64,000 nt of DNA from Isurus oxyrinchus (Eukaryota), in assembly GCA_026770705.1 (NCBI GenBank), contig JANJGN010000151.1, positions 62,001-126,000 on the forward strand, written 5' to 3'. Below the pieces are notes generated by a model, which was given only the letters and a program-made list of their open reading frames with translations, made no database searches and was not told the origin of the DNA. The position numbers and the translations under genes are program-made. This document shows, piece by piece, positions 1 through 13,765 of this stretch (positions within the stretch are counted from its first letter, which is position 1; each line of letters starts with the position of its first letter).

Positions 1-655
1 CACAATGCACTGAGTTAGCACTTACTTAGAAAATGTCTCTGTTTAAAATATTTGAAACATTGCTTTCATTTATATTACACAATGTCTGCCTCTGTTATTG
101 CAGTACGACACTAAACATTTATTTATAATACTCCTGATTATGTGTCTATTTATATTACAGTGGGTTTTGTGGCACCTAGTGTTCCACTAGTATGACGTAA
201 GCATGCACACTAGTGATCTTTGCTGTCCCAACCAGACTGACGCTAACTGCGTTTGTTTCTTGCTTACGTTTATCACCTGGTAATTTCTGCTGTTTGTAAC
301 TGAGCAACTTTCCGGATGTCATTGAGTTGATCGTGTGCCAAGGAAGCAAACCTTGATTAAGCACGTGCTCGGCAAGACTTTAACATTAGAGTCAGGAATA
401 TTTTGCCAGGACTTTAGAGCTGACGCCTGTTGAGCTGTTCCAGATCTCCTTTTTAATAGGTATACAGGGACATGTGAGCCCTGTTTTGATGTGACTTATC
501 ATTCTTCCCCTTTTAATCTGTAAGTATTAAAATGATTTCCCTTTCTCTGGTGTAAATTATCCAAACGCCCTTTATAATAGTTATACCGTAATTGTGGACT
601 GGAATGCTCGTAATCACTAAGTGTGTTAACAACTGTTTTCTATATTATTTTACAG

Positions 656-985
656 GTAAAACCCGAGGGAGTTCGGTAGTGCAGAGATAACATGAGTTGA
701 AGTTACATGAGGAAGATAATCCGCAATTGAACTGTGAGTACAACTCCAGTTCTGATGGATCCATTTTGCTGCACCCGAACCAGGCATCCCTTTTTCTGTT
801 GTACTGTGATAAAACCAGGCGCAGGGATGCCGAGTTTGCGAACGGAAAATTCGATGCTCGTCATTTCCGTCATTATCAAGCTTTGCGTTTGCCAATTTCT
901 ATAGCGGAGCCTAAAGACAGCGCCATCTATTTCTGCGGATTGAGGATCACAGTATGACAAAGCCGCTCTACTCCGTACAAAAACA
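656..985 (+). pseudogene. TCR alpha/delta V pseudogene (V exon + RSS)
   Basis: Acceptor tttacag|656; reads GKTRGSSVVQR* (TAA 688-690), then ...LNCEY...DAEFANGKFDA...EPKDSAIYFCGLR; WYRQ motif missing. RSS cacagta(948-954)-22 bp-acaaaaaca(977-985). Leader not identified. Confidence 0.85.
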
Positions 986-1164
986 TCGTTATACCAGAGA
1001 AAAGCTGGAGAGAGAAGCAAAGGCATCTGCCACGGAGCGACTCTTCAAAAATAAAATTTCTCATTGAGAAAATGATGAGAAACACATTTTTCATGTTCTA
1101 ACACAATGGTGTCAAGGATTACGGATATCATTTAGCTCGAGTGAATCGAGAAACCTGTTTTTCC

Positions 1165-1545
1165 CATGGAACAGAGAACCTAAGGGGAATTTTAATTGAG
1201 GTGACCAAAGCTATGAAAATTTTCTTATAAAGTACATGAGAGGAAATCATTTCTTCTGGCAGGAGGGTCGATAATCAGATGGTATCGATTTAAGGTAATC
1301 ATTCCGGGGAGGGCGGGGACGAAGGGTGTGTGTGAGGATTTATGAGTTGTTTCAAGGCGAGTTATTGTGATCTTGAAAGCCTTCCTGAAAGCATGATGGT
1401 AGCAGGTACAATATTAAGCAATTGGATAAATGTTTCAAAATGAAACATGCAGGTCTACGGCAAAAGAAAATAGCCTGGGGTTTATTGGATAACTCCTGCA
1501 GGCTTCAAGCTTAACCAAATGACCTCTTTATGTACTGTGTTATCA
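1165..1545 (+). mobile_element. Degenerate CR1-like LINE 3' fragment
   Basis: Resembles the CR1-like RT C-terminus/3' tail copies at 52465-52960 and 29850-30400; boundaries approximate. Confidence 0.5.
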
Positions 1546-2310
1546 ATTAATCCTACAAACCACAGTCAATTCTCATTCCGGTGTAAGCTGTACTGTGGAG
1601 CACTTTCACCATACACACTCTGGCGGTTGGAGAGAAGGCTCATCATAACATTCTTATGTGAAGCGTGGGATGGGCAATAAATGCCGATCTTGCCAGCATC
1701 GCCCATAACTGGGCAATGGCTAGAACAACACTGGGAAAAGCAGCTGTTCCCTTATGACAATCATCATGTGATTTCTTCCTCAGTGTCTCTTATTCACCCT
1801 TCCCTTCATTATTTGTGTCTCTTCCGTCTTTTTCAGTCCTGTTATTACCTCTCCTAGTTTCTCTGGTTCGCTATTTCCCTCCTGCAACATGAAGAATGTA
1901 CAATTGTTCCTTAAATGACCTCATTATTTTCTCTTCTGACCAAGAAGTCTGAGGAGGGGAGGGAGGGGCAAATTGCCAAACACAAACCCCATCCAGAATA
2001 GTTCCCCCCAGCCGCCAAACGTTGTCCCCTCCTCCTTCCACCTACTGAGTGATATTCTGAGTGATGCCATTAGACGGCGTAGTAGGAAGTAGAGAAATTA
2101 TATTTGGCCAGTCAGCACTCGTGTCAAAATGCGGTTACCGAGTCATCTCATTCGCTACTTCTTATTGGAAAAGAATTGCAAAAGGTACTTCCACCAGCCC
2201 CCGCCCCCTACTCCCCTTCCGTTAAAGCTCTCTGCAGAACTGTTTCGTAATGTAACAGATTGCAACAGTGAAAAAATCTGCTATTCGAAGAGATTGTTGC
2301 TGAGGATATA

Positions 2311-2789
2311 ATGAGGCTTATGCCGCATCCTCATCTGATTTTATTGTGGCTGATGTTCATTAGGTGCAGCCAGATCATTTTATCTGTTTGCAGTTATGTG
2401 ATGTTAATAGACTTTTAAACTCAGTATTGCATTCAGCTTTTGCTTACGCTTTATTTCACGTGTGATTCAGACAGATTCTGTGTCCCAACCTCAGACCACA
2501 CTGCGTGTTACTGAAAGAGACAGCAAGAAAATAGATTGTAGCTACACAGCAAATCACGGTAATCCCGGCCTGTACTGGTGCAGGCAGCACAAGAACCAGG
2601 CTCCGTGTTTTATTTTGTATCGAGATAGAAGCAGTAAAAAAGATGCAGATTTTACAAAGAGAAATTCGAGGCAGGTCAGACTAACGAAGTAAAGTCATTT
2701 CCTCGAGCAGAAATCCAGGAGACCGCCGTATATTTCTGCGCGCTGAGGAACACACTGGTTTAAAACTCATCTGTGGATATACAAAAACC
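2311..2789 (+). pseudogene. TCR alpha/delta V pseudogene with leader
   Basis: Leader MRLMPHPHLILLWLMF from ATG 2311. Donor and acceptor are mutated relative to the paralog at 41275-40788. V exon DSVSQP...IDCSY...LYWCRQ...; frameshift before ETAVYFCALR. RSS cacactg(2751-2757)-23-acaaaaacc(2781-2789). Confidence 0.9.
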
Positions 2790-3875
2790 CCAGTGATGTA
2801 GAACTGCCAGCTCAAAGAAACCCGCCCTTTGTGGGTAAGTGCTATCTGCGACTCAGTTTCACTGTTCTATCTCACAACCCTACTTGTCTATCAGAAATGT
2901 ATGTGTTCAGGCCCCACTCTAGAAGCGTGAGCACTTAACTCAGGCTGACACTTCCACTGCCAGTATGAAGGGAGGGCTGCAATGTCCGTGGTGCCATTTT
3001 TCGGATGAGCTATTAAATGGAAATTCCGCCTCTCACGTACCCACCACCACCCCCACCCACCACCCCACCGCCCCCCCCCCCAACTCCCTCCCCGAGGAGG
3101 ACCTTAAAAACCCCGCCGCTTGTTGCACAAAAGAGCTGGTCAGCTCTCCCGTGCATTTAAACCTCAAACGATATCAATGAAACAAATGATCACATTGCTC
3201 TTTGTCGGAGCTTGCTGTGCATAATTTGACTATTTCCTACATTACCATAGTGACTGCAATTCTAATTTACTTAATTCCTACTGTGGGGCAGTCTGGATGG
3301 ACTGGGTCGTCCTTTGCTTTCTGTAATTTTTGATGGAAATAGTAAATTAATTATAGCAACTTGGGGCCTGTACACATCTTTTTCTGTTTTTCACCCAACA
3401 CTAATAGAAATGGTGTCAGTAACTCGACCTGACCTCAGGATTGGCCCTTGCGGCTTTGTGTAAGCAAATGGGATATTCTGTGCACCAACCCACGAACAGT
3501 TATTGAGCGCAGCCCCTCAAAAGGCTCACTGCTCCCACACTAAGAACATTGGACTGTATCGAAAGCAGATCGCCTTCCCCTTTCCGATAATTTGTCTCAT
3601 TAATCTGTTCTACTCCACCTTCCCTTTACCTATATCTGAGACAACAGGGTTTTGATGACGTAGTTTAATTTTTGAGCGGGAAAACAAAAACCGCAGAAAG
3701 GCAGTTATACCAATCAGAAAAAAGTCCACGGTGAAATATACACGTTCAAGCGAATTCCTCCGGCGGTTTGTAAACTTGAGCAAATATTTCTACCTGTTAG
3801 GAAATGGGGAACATGGCAGCATTAATCTCAATATTTTCAGTTATGATCATTTTTAAACCATATTTGTGCTAGCTC

Positions 3876-4410
3876 CATGTGAGATTTGGAGAGATTTTGC
3901 AAAGCAGGGAGAACAGAATAAATTAGAGAGGTCAATATTCCTGGAAATATTGCTTCACGTCATAAAGTAATCACAATGTAATACAAGGCAGTCAACATCT
4001 GTAAGTGACCGACACCGGCAAGTCAACGCCTTCCTAACTGACCTGAGCGACAAAGAGTTCTTAGGCTTCCCTAATTGATATGCTGCTCTATTCAATAGTT
4101 TTCATTATTTTTCATCCCCATCGTTGGACCCTGGCACTGTAGTCAAGTTCACGGCGATGCGAGTACATAATTTCCGCTTTATTTTAGCAGTTACGTGAGA
4201 CGGTGGGGTAACGGCAATGTCACTGGTCCCTGTAAGGCCTTAGATCACTTAGGAACGCGTTGACTCGTTGGTGTCGGTCACTTACAGATGTTGACTGCCT
4301 TGTATTACATTGTAATTACTTTATGATGTGATACAATATTTCCTGGATTTTATCCTCCCTATTTTATTCTGTTCTCCCCGCTTTACAAAACTTCTCCAAC
4401 TCTCACACGG
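3876..4410. repeat. Inverted repeat, ~170-bp arms (3876-4048 / 4240-4410)
   Basis: caatgtaatacaaggcagtcaacatctgtaagtgaccgacacc is the reverse complement of ggtgtcggtcacttacagatgttgactgccttgtattacattg; similarity extends on both sides. Confidence 0.9.
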
Positions 4411-5721
4411 TGCTGATGTGGAGACTGGGTTCAATCTTCCCCCCACCCCCACCACCCAGCCCCACCCCTCCGCACCCCCCCCCCCACCCCCCCCCCCCCC
4501 CCGCCCCCCTCTCCGGCCCCCCACAGCAAGTGGTGGAATTGAATCTGTTCAATTAATTAATAAAAACAATCTCGAATTGAAAACAGATTAGTCTCAATGG
4601 CGATCATCTGTTGCCATGACAGAAACAAAACCTCTGGTTCTCTAATGTCCTTTAGGGAAGGGAACCTGCAGTCCTTACTTGGCCTGGCCTTCTTGTGACT
4701 CCACAGCCCCAGCCATGTAGTTGAGTCTTAACTGCCCTCCAGAATGGCCCAGCAAGGTAATTTGTGTTGAGAAGCAGCTTCTGGCTGTATTCATATATTT
4801 CCTGATATATTTGGTGTCTTTGCTGCCCTCTTAACGCAGCATTTAAAAGTGTCGTGTGATTAAGTCAAATCTCGCTGGCACTTCTACTAAATTATTGGTC
4901 ACTGTTATCTCTCATATTGATTACAAATTCCCCATTGCACAGGATTTTGCTGCCAGTTAGTGGACATTTTCTCTTCATTGACAAATTGGAATTAGTGCCA
5001 AATATGAATCGCAAAAATTACAGTTGCTGAGAAACGGTGTTAATATCTACTTGGACAAAACATATTCATGGAATCGAATGAAGTTAGACAGAGAGAAACA
5101 GACAAAGTAAACCGATTGATAAATTTCACAAGATGCATATAATTTGTTATAACACTCCTGAGCAAAATAAGGAGCCAAAATTGCATTATAATGGAACACG
5201 GCAGGCAACAAGGTGAAAAAAGAATCAAGTTATTTTCGAATTCATTTTATTTTCAATTTCCAAGCTATCTGAGGCAATGCTTTTAAACTTAACTGAAAGC
5301 GAAACATATTAGAGGAAACGAAGTGATGCACGGTAACATTGAAACTGATACAGTCGGTGCAAACACGAGCAGAAAACTTTCCGTTAAGATTCAGTTAGCA
5401 GTTTGTTTTCAAATGCCAGGGCGCATAAAAGAGCAAAAACTAAAGATTTCGACAGAAAAATAATTCCGATGAACTTCTTTGGCTGGACTGAAAAGGATTA
5501 TTTCAGACAAAACAGAAAACAAAACAATTTTTTTGCAAATAATATCTTGTGTTTCTGAAGATCCAACCAAAGAGTTCTGGAAAAAAACAGTCGGTTTAAC
5601 GACAAAACCAACTCATTTTAGAACAATAATATAATTTTTAAAGTTGTATATGAACATTTAATGATTCCGATCTCTCTCTTTCTCTCTCTGCACGTCCTTT
5701 CTCTATTTCATTCCCTCTCGA

Positions 5722-6070
5722 AGTAAAGCTCCCTCTGCGCTGTCAAAAAAATCCCAGGACAGGTACAGCACAGGGTTAGATACAGAGTGAAGCTCCATCT
5801 ATACTCTCCCCATCAAACGCTCTCAGAATAGGTACAGCACGGGGTTAGATCCACAGTAAAGCTCCCTCTATAATGTGCCTGTCAATCACTCCCAGATTTG
5901 ACGCAACTGTTAGATACAGCGCAATATTCTGCCCCTGTAAAACACTCCAATTTTGATGCAACTTTGTTAGATACAGGGTAAATCTCTCTCCATACTTTCC
6001 CTGTAAAACACTCCCAGATTTGATGTAACTCTGTCAGATATAGAGTAAAGCCTTCTTTATAATTTCCCAT
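5722..6070 (+). repeat. Degenerate ~60-70-bp tandem repeat (acaggtacagcacggggttagatacagagtaaagctccctct...)
   Basis: About 5 diverged copies; inverted paralog at ~39120-39310. Confidence 0.75.
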
Positions 6071-7373
6071 AAACACTTCTAGCGCAGAAATATAGGTTAT
6101 AATAAAGGACATTCTCAAAGTTATAATGGGCTTTAAACTTTTGACTATTTAATTTCCAATTTAAATTATGTTTATTTAGAATGAAAGAACTTGCATTTTT
6201 CTAGCACGTTACTCGCTCTTATGATGTACCAAAATGCTTTGCACCATTCTATCTACTGGAATGCTTTTGAAGTTAAAATGTTGCAATACAGGGGAAGAAC
6301 CACAAAATAATATTTACAACAGGATCCAACAAAGAGAAATGTGAAATTAAACATTTAACCTGATATTAGATATGATTAAGGCTAAATATTGGAACAATAC
6401 GCCAGGGACAATCCCCATGTTCTTCCAAAAGAAATGCAATTAGAAATGTTATGCCATGAGATAGTTCAGGAAAGGACTCGGTTTCAATTCACATCCAAAA
6501 AGTGATATGTCCAAAATTGCAGCTCTTCCTCAAATGTTAGGCAGGATTTTGTGCTGAAATTTGTGAACTGGGGCGTGTTCATTCGGTTATTTGCTAGTGT
6601 CACAATGTTTTCTCTTCCTGTCCCATATTTCAGAATATTACATAAACACTGCGGTGCAGGACGAGACCAAACGCTGCATATTTACTGCTATTACCCCTTT
6701 GTTAAGATTAAATCGGCATCTTCAGGTGCTCGTAAGAGTAACTGCAAACGGAAGTTGTTGGCGGGATTGCAGCTGGCAGTGTTTCCGCCAGTTCTGCCTC
6801 TCTAATTTCAGTTTGATAACAGGGAGGAACATGTAACCACTGCGCCCTCTGGTGGGAAATCTAAGAATATTACACCGTTAGAACAATGAGCCGAATGCAA
6901 GTTTATCCATGGGACAATTTCCAGCAACCACTTTTTCAGGGACGTACTTCAAAAAATTCAACTGTGTAACTATCACGGAAATATGAGTGAAGTTAAAGGA
7001 AAGGGCATTTTACTTTATATAAGCTTTTTTCAATAATTATTTTATCTGATCTTTACCTCTATGCATCACACTCGTTAATTTTTACTTGCTTCCTCTTATC
7101 GTTCGATTGTTTCCTAATTTTCTGTCCTCTTCACCAATGGTTAAACACGTTTTCGCTTTCTGTTTTTCTCCCACTCATTCTGGATTGTGCGATAAGTTTT
7201 TTCTTTTTCTCTCCAACTCTGTGTCCAATTCTCTTCATTTCTGACTATCTTTAAGTATTTCAATTCTAGATTTTATTTTTTGTTTTGTTTTCATAGCCCC
7301 TACCCTGGGATCTTTGTAAAAGCGCCACTCGAAAGGCCGATGATCGAATAACAGTGGTGTCCCACTTGGTCCA

Positions 7374-7520
7374 GGTTTCTGTAGCAGCTCTTCATTGAAC
7401 TGTGAGACTATGGCGCAGAGATAGGCAGCAGCGTCTGTAACCCGAGCGACTCCCAGTCACGGCACGGAGTTTGTTGCCTCCCTCGGTTGAAGCAGTGATC
7501 ATCTCATGTTGGTCAGTTCC
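7374..7520 (-). pseudogene. TCR V relic (3' part + damaged RSS)
   Basis: Minus strand reads ...DAAAYLCAI, then cacagtt(7404-7398)-15 bp-acagaaacc(7382-7374). Paralog of 37400-37539. Confidence 0.65.
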
Positions 7521-8978
7521 TCTTGTGGCCATCAATAGATGCTGGGCGCGTGGAGAGAGGGGTTGGTCGGTGGTAGGGGGGCGTGGGGTGGGCTGGGGGA
7601 GGGGGCTGATTCGGAATCCGTCTGCACCAACGCACGATGTCAAATGCAATGGTGATGGAGAACTTCATGGATATGATTCCCGCTTCTGCTGGAAAACAGC
7701 AGAAGCACTCTGTAAATCCGAAGTATTATCAGACCACATGAAATGCCGGTTGAGAAAATTGTCCGGAGGGTCAGGTTAAAACCAGGGGATGGATATTATC
7801 GTCTGAAGAACTCACAACGAGCAACTCAGAGGTGCATTCCTGTCGAACTAACGACAGAAACTGAGTCAAAAACAAAAATACCTGGAAAAACTCAGCAGGT
7901 CTTGCAGCATCTGCGGAGAGGAGCACAGTTAATGTTTCGAGTCCGATTGACTCCTCAACTGAACTAAGTAAAAATAGAAGAGAGGTGAAATATAAGCTGG
8001 TTTAAGGGGGTGGGGGGGCAGGCAAGTAGAGCTGGATAAACGGCCATTGATAAGTGGAGATAACCAAAAGATGTCACAGACAGAAAGACAAAGAGGTGTT
8101 GAAGGTGATGATATTATCTAAGGAATGTGCTAATTAAGGGTTGAGAGCAGGGCAAGCAAGGTAAAGATAAGGTTTCACACTGACACAGCTCACGCTGTCT
8201 CCGAGCTCACACCGGACGGTCCACATTCAAAATTTCTCAGTGATTCACACTGCTCTCTGCTGATGCACACTGACAATTGCATGGGTGCAATAATTCACGT
8301 AAATTCCCGCCAAGCTGCAGTTCTCAAGGTAGTTACAAATTCGAACTGCTGTTGCCTTCTTCCTCGTATCGCTCTCCTATCCATAAAGGCCCTAATCTCG
8401 CCTTCAACTAAGCATCAAAGGATTCCAGGGTATTTTCCTCCCGCATTCTGGCTGAAAGTTTGTTCCACACTGTGATGCATCTCATTGTGACAACAAATAT
8501 ATCCTGATATTAGTCTAAATATTTTACCGTTTGAACCCATGTGCGTGGATGCATTTTCTTTTTTTTTCAAATAGATACAACCTACCAAGAGTTATATAAA
8601 CATTGATAAAAATAATGTTTCTGTTTCTGAATTTGTTCTTTTTGTCAATTTTCTTCAGTAAAATTTCTGAACACTGTTGTGAGACCAGAATGCAACCCGA
8701 CCCCGAAATCAACACTGTCTCACACTGCCCTCTAGTGGCGTTGACATGGAACTGCAAGGTGCAACTTTACAGAATTATTCGCCTTCCGGGCTCAAAATAA
8801 CATTCAACAATTTCCGATTCTAAACTCTCCTTCGATTCTTTTTCTTTCATAAGTTTTATTCATTTATTTATTTATTGACCGTATCTGGTGGCTGCGTATC
8901 TGCTTTTCATAAGTTACCCTCCTCCAGGCCAAGACTCCCGTGTTTTTGATCTTTCCTTGTTTACTACAAATTTCTGAT

Positions 8979-9267
8979 ATCTGAGCCATGGAGATATTGT
9001 CGCTCAGGCACTATTCGTAAGGCTTAAGACAGAAACAGACGCGGCAGCTGGTACCAACAACAAGCTGAAACACAGCCAATGCTTAGTTTATGTAATGCTT
9101 CAAAGGTTTTGAAAAATAAAGCAGATTTTGCTAAAATGCATTGGTCTGCAAATGTCGGCAGCTTGACAAAATTCATTTGCCATCACTGGGCTGTATCTAA
9201 CTGCAATTTATTCCTGCGCCCTGAGGGTCACCGTGTTGGAAACAAGTTAAACCCACATACAGGGACA
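8979..9267 (+). pseudogene. TCR V pseudogene (family of the V at 45376)
   Basis: Fragments SHGDIVAQ, WYQQQAETQP, NKADFAK, IYSCALR with deletions and frameshifts. RSS caccgtg(9229-9235)-23-acagggaca (degenerate). Confidence 0.8.
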
Positions 9268-9689
9268 CCCGTCAGTTTGTGGATGTGAAACTCCACTTCA
9301 AGAATTCAGTTACAAGGCGACTGGATGCGAAGACCATCACAACATAATCATTTAGAAAAATTATCATGTTCCGATGTTCAATGGTGATATCAATTATGTC
9401 TGCCTTTCAGCAGAGCACATGACCCTGAGCCAACTGCTATCTCTGAAACTGCTTTGTAAAAGTTTATACGCTCTTGTCACCAGAGGGCGGCTGAGAGAAT
9501 GATTATGCAAAAAAGTAAGTCAGTCAGCATCTGTGGATACATAAACAATACGCGTCTTGCAGAACTTTATCAGTTCTCGTACTGGGATGATTGACACGGA
9601 CTAATTGACAGAAACACGAGCGCAGTAGGGTGCATCATGAGTCGTTGGATTGATTATCCGAGCGGGTGACAGGTGGAGGACATTTTTCC

Positions 9690-9960
9690 ATGCTTTACTG
9701 GTATTGAAAGTCGCTAGCCGGACCAGCATTTCCTCCCCACCCCTCTTGAGAAGTCTATGGTGAGCTTTCTTTTTGAACCGCTGCAATCCATGTGGTGTAG
9801 GTACATCCACAGTGCTGTTAGGGAGGGAGTTCCAGCATTTCGATCCAGCGACAGTGAAGGGGCGGCCGTTATAGTTTTCAGTTATACTTGTGTGGGGCTT
9901 GGAGGGGGACTTGCAGCCGGCGGTGTCTGCCGCCCTTGTCCTTCTCGGAGGAAGGGTTTG
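9690..9960 (-). mobile_element. LINE/SINE 3'-tail fragment
   Basis: Reverse-complement homolog of 62250-62547. Confidence 0.7.
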
Positions 9961-10244
9961 CGTGTTTGGGATTTTTTGTTTTTGATGGTCGCTTGACGAG
10001 TTTATTTAATCACCTAAGTCTAAATGCAGACGTGAATTTCCAACTGAAGCCTGTTAACAAGGGCTAACGGTGTTTTCATAATCATAGAGCAGCTCTTTCC
10101 TTCTCTCTCCGTCTTACCGATTGAACTTGTTAAGGGGAGAACATTGAGTTTAATCCCTGTCCAATTCCCTGTTGTGAGATGAATACATTCACTTCCTTCC
10201 TTTCTCCCGACGCTGGTGATACGAATTAGAGATCAAAGGAGCTG

Positions 10245-10330
10245 CGACCTGATTGGTTGAATTAAACACAAAGAAGCTTTCAGCTGATTGGTGACCCAGT
10301 CAGCAATGAACCAATCAGCAGAGGCCGGGA
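10245..10330 (+). promoter_or_regulatory. CCAAT-box cluster, V promoter
   Basis: ctgattgg twice plus aaccaatcag, 100-170 bp upstream of ATG 10417. The same arrangement lies upstream of the V at 58731 (58585-58630). Confidence 0.6.
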
Positions 10331-10416
10331 TGTAACGCCACTTCTTACCAACCCTTGACTAAAACAATTTCACTTCACCATATTCTGGTTAGATCCGCCG
10401 CGAGCTCTCTGCAAAC

Positions 10417-11289
10417 ATGTCTCCTGTTGCTTTGTATTTATTCCTCACAGCAGCAGCTCTTTTCATCGGTACGTTCATAAATTGTACAACTCTGCGAGTC
10501 ACATCTTTACCATTCCCTACATTCAGTCGGACAGTTCGATTAACAGGTGGTAAAAATATGTTGATCTCAAATGAGAAAATCATCTGGATCCACTTTGTCG
10601 CTGCACGGTAGTAGGAAAGCTGCTCGAATGAATGAGGCTGGAAGAGTTAAAGTGAGACTACGGGCCCCGCCGGGGTCGGAGACGGACTTTGACAAATACC
10701 AAAGCTTTAAACTCACCGAGAGTTTTCACTTTCCCTTCAAATTACAGGAAACGAAGCTGAGGACCTGATTTCGATAGAAGGAACCGAATGTTCATTGAAG
10801 GAAGTTTTATTTATTCGGTCCAAGCACCTTCCGATTACAGCCACTGAGTGGTGGGGTATATATTTGTGTTTAGCTCCTCCGATTCATTTCTCAGGTTATT
10901 GTCCAGGGCGATGATCCTATTAAAGCGCATGAACAAAGTGAAATGATATCGTTTAATTTAATGTTACTCTTGGCTCTTACAGGACATTGTCGAGGAGATT
11001 CCGTTTCACAGGCACCGCCTGCAATCACAGTGAGTGAAGGAGACAATGTTCGGTTGTTCTGTAATTATACAGCTACATACAGCAACGATCTCAACTTATT
11101 CTGGTATCGTCAGCATCCCAGCGGATCCATGGAGTATCTGTTGCTGAGGACTAGATACACCGAGAACAAAGAGAGATTTCCTGGGAACCGTTTTTCAGCG
11201 GAGCTCAACGATTTGATCGGCACCGTCCCGTTTAAAGTGTCTGAAACAGAACTGGCAGACTCCGCGGTGTATTACTGCGCACTGAGACT
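10417..11289 (+). CDS. Intact TCR alpha/delta V gene (leader 10417-10468, V exon 10983-11289)
   Basis: Leader MSPVALYLFLTAAALFI-G|gt, phase-1 intron, V exon GHCRGDSVSQ...LFCNY...FWYRQ...ELADSAVYYCALRL with no stops. Confidence 0.93.
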
Positions 11290-11328
11290 CACAGAGACTC
11301 GGGGCTGGGCTGAACCTGTACGAAAACT
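11290..11328 (+). other. 23-RSS
   Basis: cacagag-23 bp-acgaaaact. Confidence 0.9.
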
Positions 11329-13467
11329 GTCAGAGAGTCTCTCAATGTCACAGAGCATGACGCAACCATTATGATCAGGACTGAGTCTGAACAGGTTCCC
11401 GCATATGCGATACCTTTCACTAATAATTCTAATCCTACTGAATATATCATAAATATACAAATGTGGGAAGTTCAGAAAATGAAATATAGAGTGTTCATGT
11501 AGCGCGTATCGTGACACCCCAAATTGTTTTTCCGTCATTGTTATAAAGTAATGTAGAAAACTCAGCAGCTAATTTGCACCCGGAATGATCCTTTAAATAG
11601 TAATCGTTTAATTACCCGTCTGTTCCAGAGATCTTTATGGGTGTATAGATGTTAACCAAGCCTGCTCTTCTTTGAAAAAGTGGCGTTGCGATTTATCAAC
11701 CCACATGTGAGGGCAAATGACGATCACGATTTGACACCTCGTCAGAAAGGTCCACTCTTCCCATAGGATTGCACTCGGGTGTCCGCATTGATCCTGGGGA
11801 CTCAAGTGGACTGGAATCCAGAAACCTCTGGCTATGCGGCGAGAGGGATAACAAATCAGGCTGGTCTGACAAGTAATGTCTGCATATTGGCAGTTGAAGT
11901 ATAAAGTCTAGGACATCCGTACCTTTTTGATAATGAATAAATAATGTATATATATATAAGCAGGTAGATGAGCGCAAAGCTTTTATACAGCTCATCAGGC
12001 TGATGGCTGACAGGTAAATGGGAAGCCGCGTCGCCGCTCCCCGTGAGGGGAGGGTCAGTTTCTGTCAGAGTTACTCACCGCGGCACCGCCGCCCCCCCCC
12101 CCCCCCCCCCAACCAATCCCTCCTCCTCCGTAGCATCTAAAAAGAGCAAAGAATCACTGATAACCGGGAAACATGGGAGGAAAACACGATGAGAGTCTGG
12201 AGCTTTGTAGAATTTTGAACGATGACAGGTAGCCGGCACTAATTACACAGGAAGGAGATGAACTTCAGTTGTTGGATGCGGGTTGCAAGCTGATGTTGTT
12301 TATTCTGCATCGAAGAATGGGTAAAACTCTTAAGATCCAGAGGGAAGTGTGCAACAAACTGAACCGTGAATGACACAACAATATTAATAAAAATAGAAAA
12401 ACATTTGAAAGTATTGCCTCTATGTTTGAATCTTTCTTTAATGCCTTTCTTCAACAAATTAACTGATCGCTGTCCTCGGCGGGAAACTGAACCCGACACA
12501 CTGAAACCATCCTCCACTGCCATCTGGTGCCGGTTATTTGTAACAACCAATTAGAACTCCTGCGTTCCTTTATTTGGCAAGATAATTCAGACTTGTGCCC
12601 TCGTCCGTCCGAAGCGATCCTGCCTCGCAGCCCTATTAAGACTCAACTTTGGCCTTAAAAATTCAGTGGTTTATCCTTCCGCCACTCTAACCAGAAACTT
12701 ATTCCACACTTTCACCATATTGTGTGTGAGAATAACGTTCTCGATACCAGCGGATAATTTCATTTTCTCCTTTGAAATTCTGCCCCCCAGTTCTAAATCA
12801 CCGGTTCAATTTAAAGTGATATTGCAGCATGTGTTTCTTTATTGCAGGAACTGCCTCATACTCCTCCATCTGCAATTGTAGTGAGGCACAGAGTACATTC
12901 CGAATTATCACTCACATATTCGCCATCTGCAGGTCACAGAGGCAGGATTTGTTCTTCTTGGAATGGATTCTTTCAAAGAAAGGAGGAAGGGATCATTGTG
13001 ACAGAAAGTGAGGACAAACCGAAAATCCCTCACACATGGATGTTACATGTGGCAACACTACTAGTTGAAGCCCAGCCCGCAAATTTCACTTGCTGCTCTC
13101 GCCCTGACCTGGCTTGCTTGCTTTACTGGAGGGATTGCTGCCTCTGCTCTGTATTTGACATTGGTTGTTACAGCCGTGCAGAGGGACGTGAGCTTGCTTT
13201 TCCCCCGCAAGAGAGGTTTTCCCGGCTGCAGAGTTCCAGACCCATCTCCTATGGATTGTGTAATCAGTAATCAGTTTCCTTCTGTCAACAATACATTCTT
13301 TCCCTGATTTCTATAATCGTGTTGGTTTTTACTGTCAAACTCAGGCTGCTGGCGATGGCTGTGGATCAAAAACACTCCATATCTTCGTTCGTTTTAAATA
13401 TGTATTGAGTTTGCATTTTAAACTCCCGCATGATTGATCTTTCCTGCTTGAACATTTTTTTTAACAG

Positions 13468-13765
13468 ATCAGCTACTGTCGTCAGGGATTAAGACAGGAG
13501 AAGTGATGGCATGAAAATGTGACGTTAGTTGGAGCGGCGGCTTACATTTATTCGGGTACCGGCATCACACTGACAGACATGCCGAATTTATTCTGATAAA
13601 ATGCCGAGATGTTCTGAAGTAAAGTCGATCTTGTAAAAAAAAAACACTTTTTATCTAAGTTGAACAGCTTCACTAAATTCATAACTTTAACGATCTCGGA
13701 GCTGCAGCTGGCCGACAATGCAGCTTGGCACTAATGGAAACGAGTTCAATCCTCGTACAGAAACC
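13468..13765 (+). pseudogene. TCR V relic
   Basis: Acceptor tttttaacag; fragments YILFGYRHHTDRHAEFILIK and KFITLTISELQLADNA; YYC deleted; nonamer acagaaacc 13757-13765. Confidence 0.7.

Noticed and set aside
4321-4591. Pro/Gly-rich ORFs
   Set aside because: Produced by a poly-C tract within a SINE-associated region.
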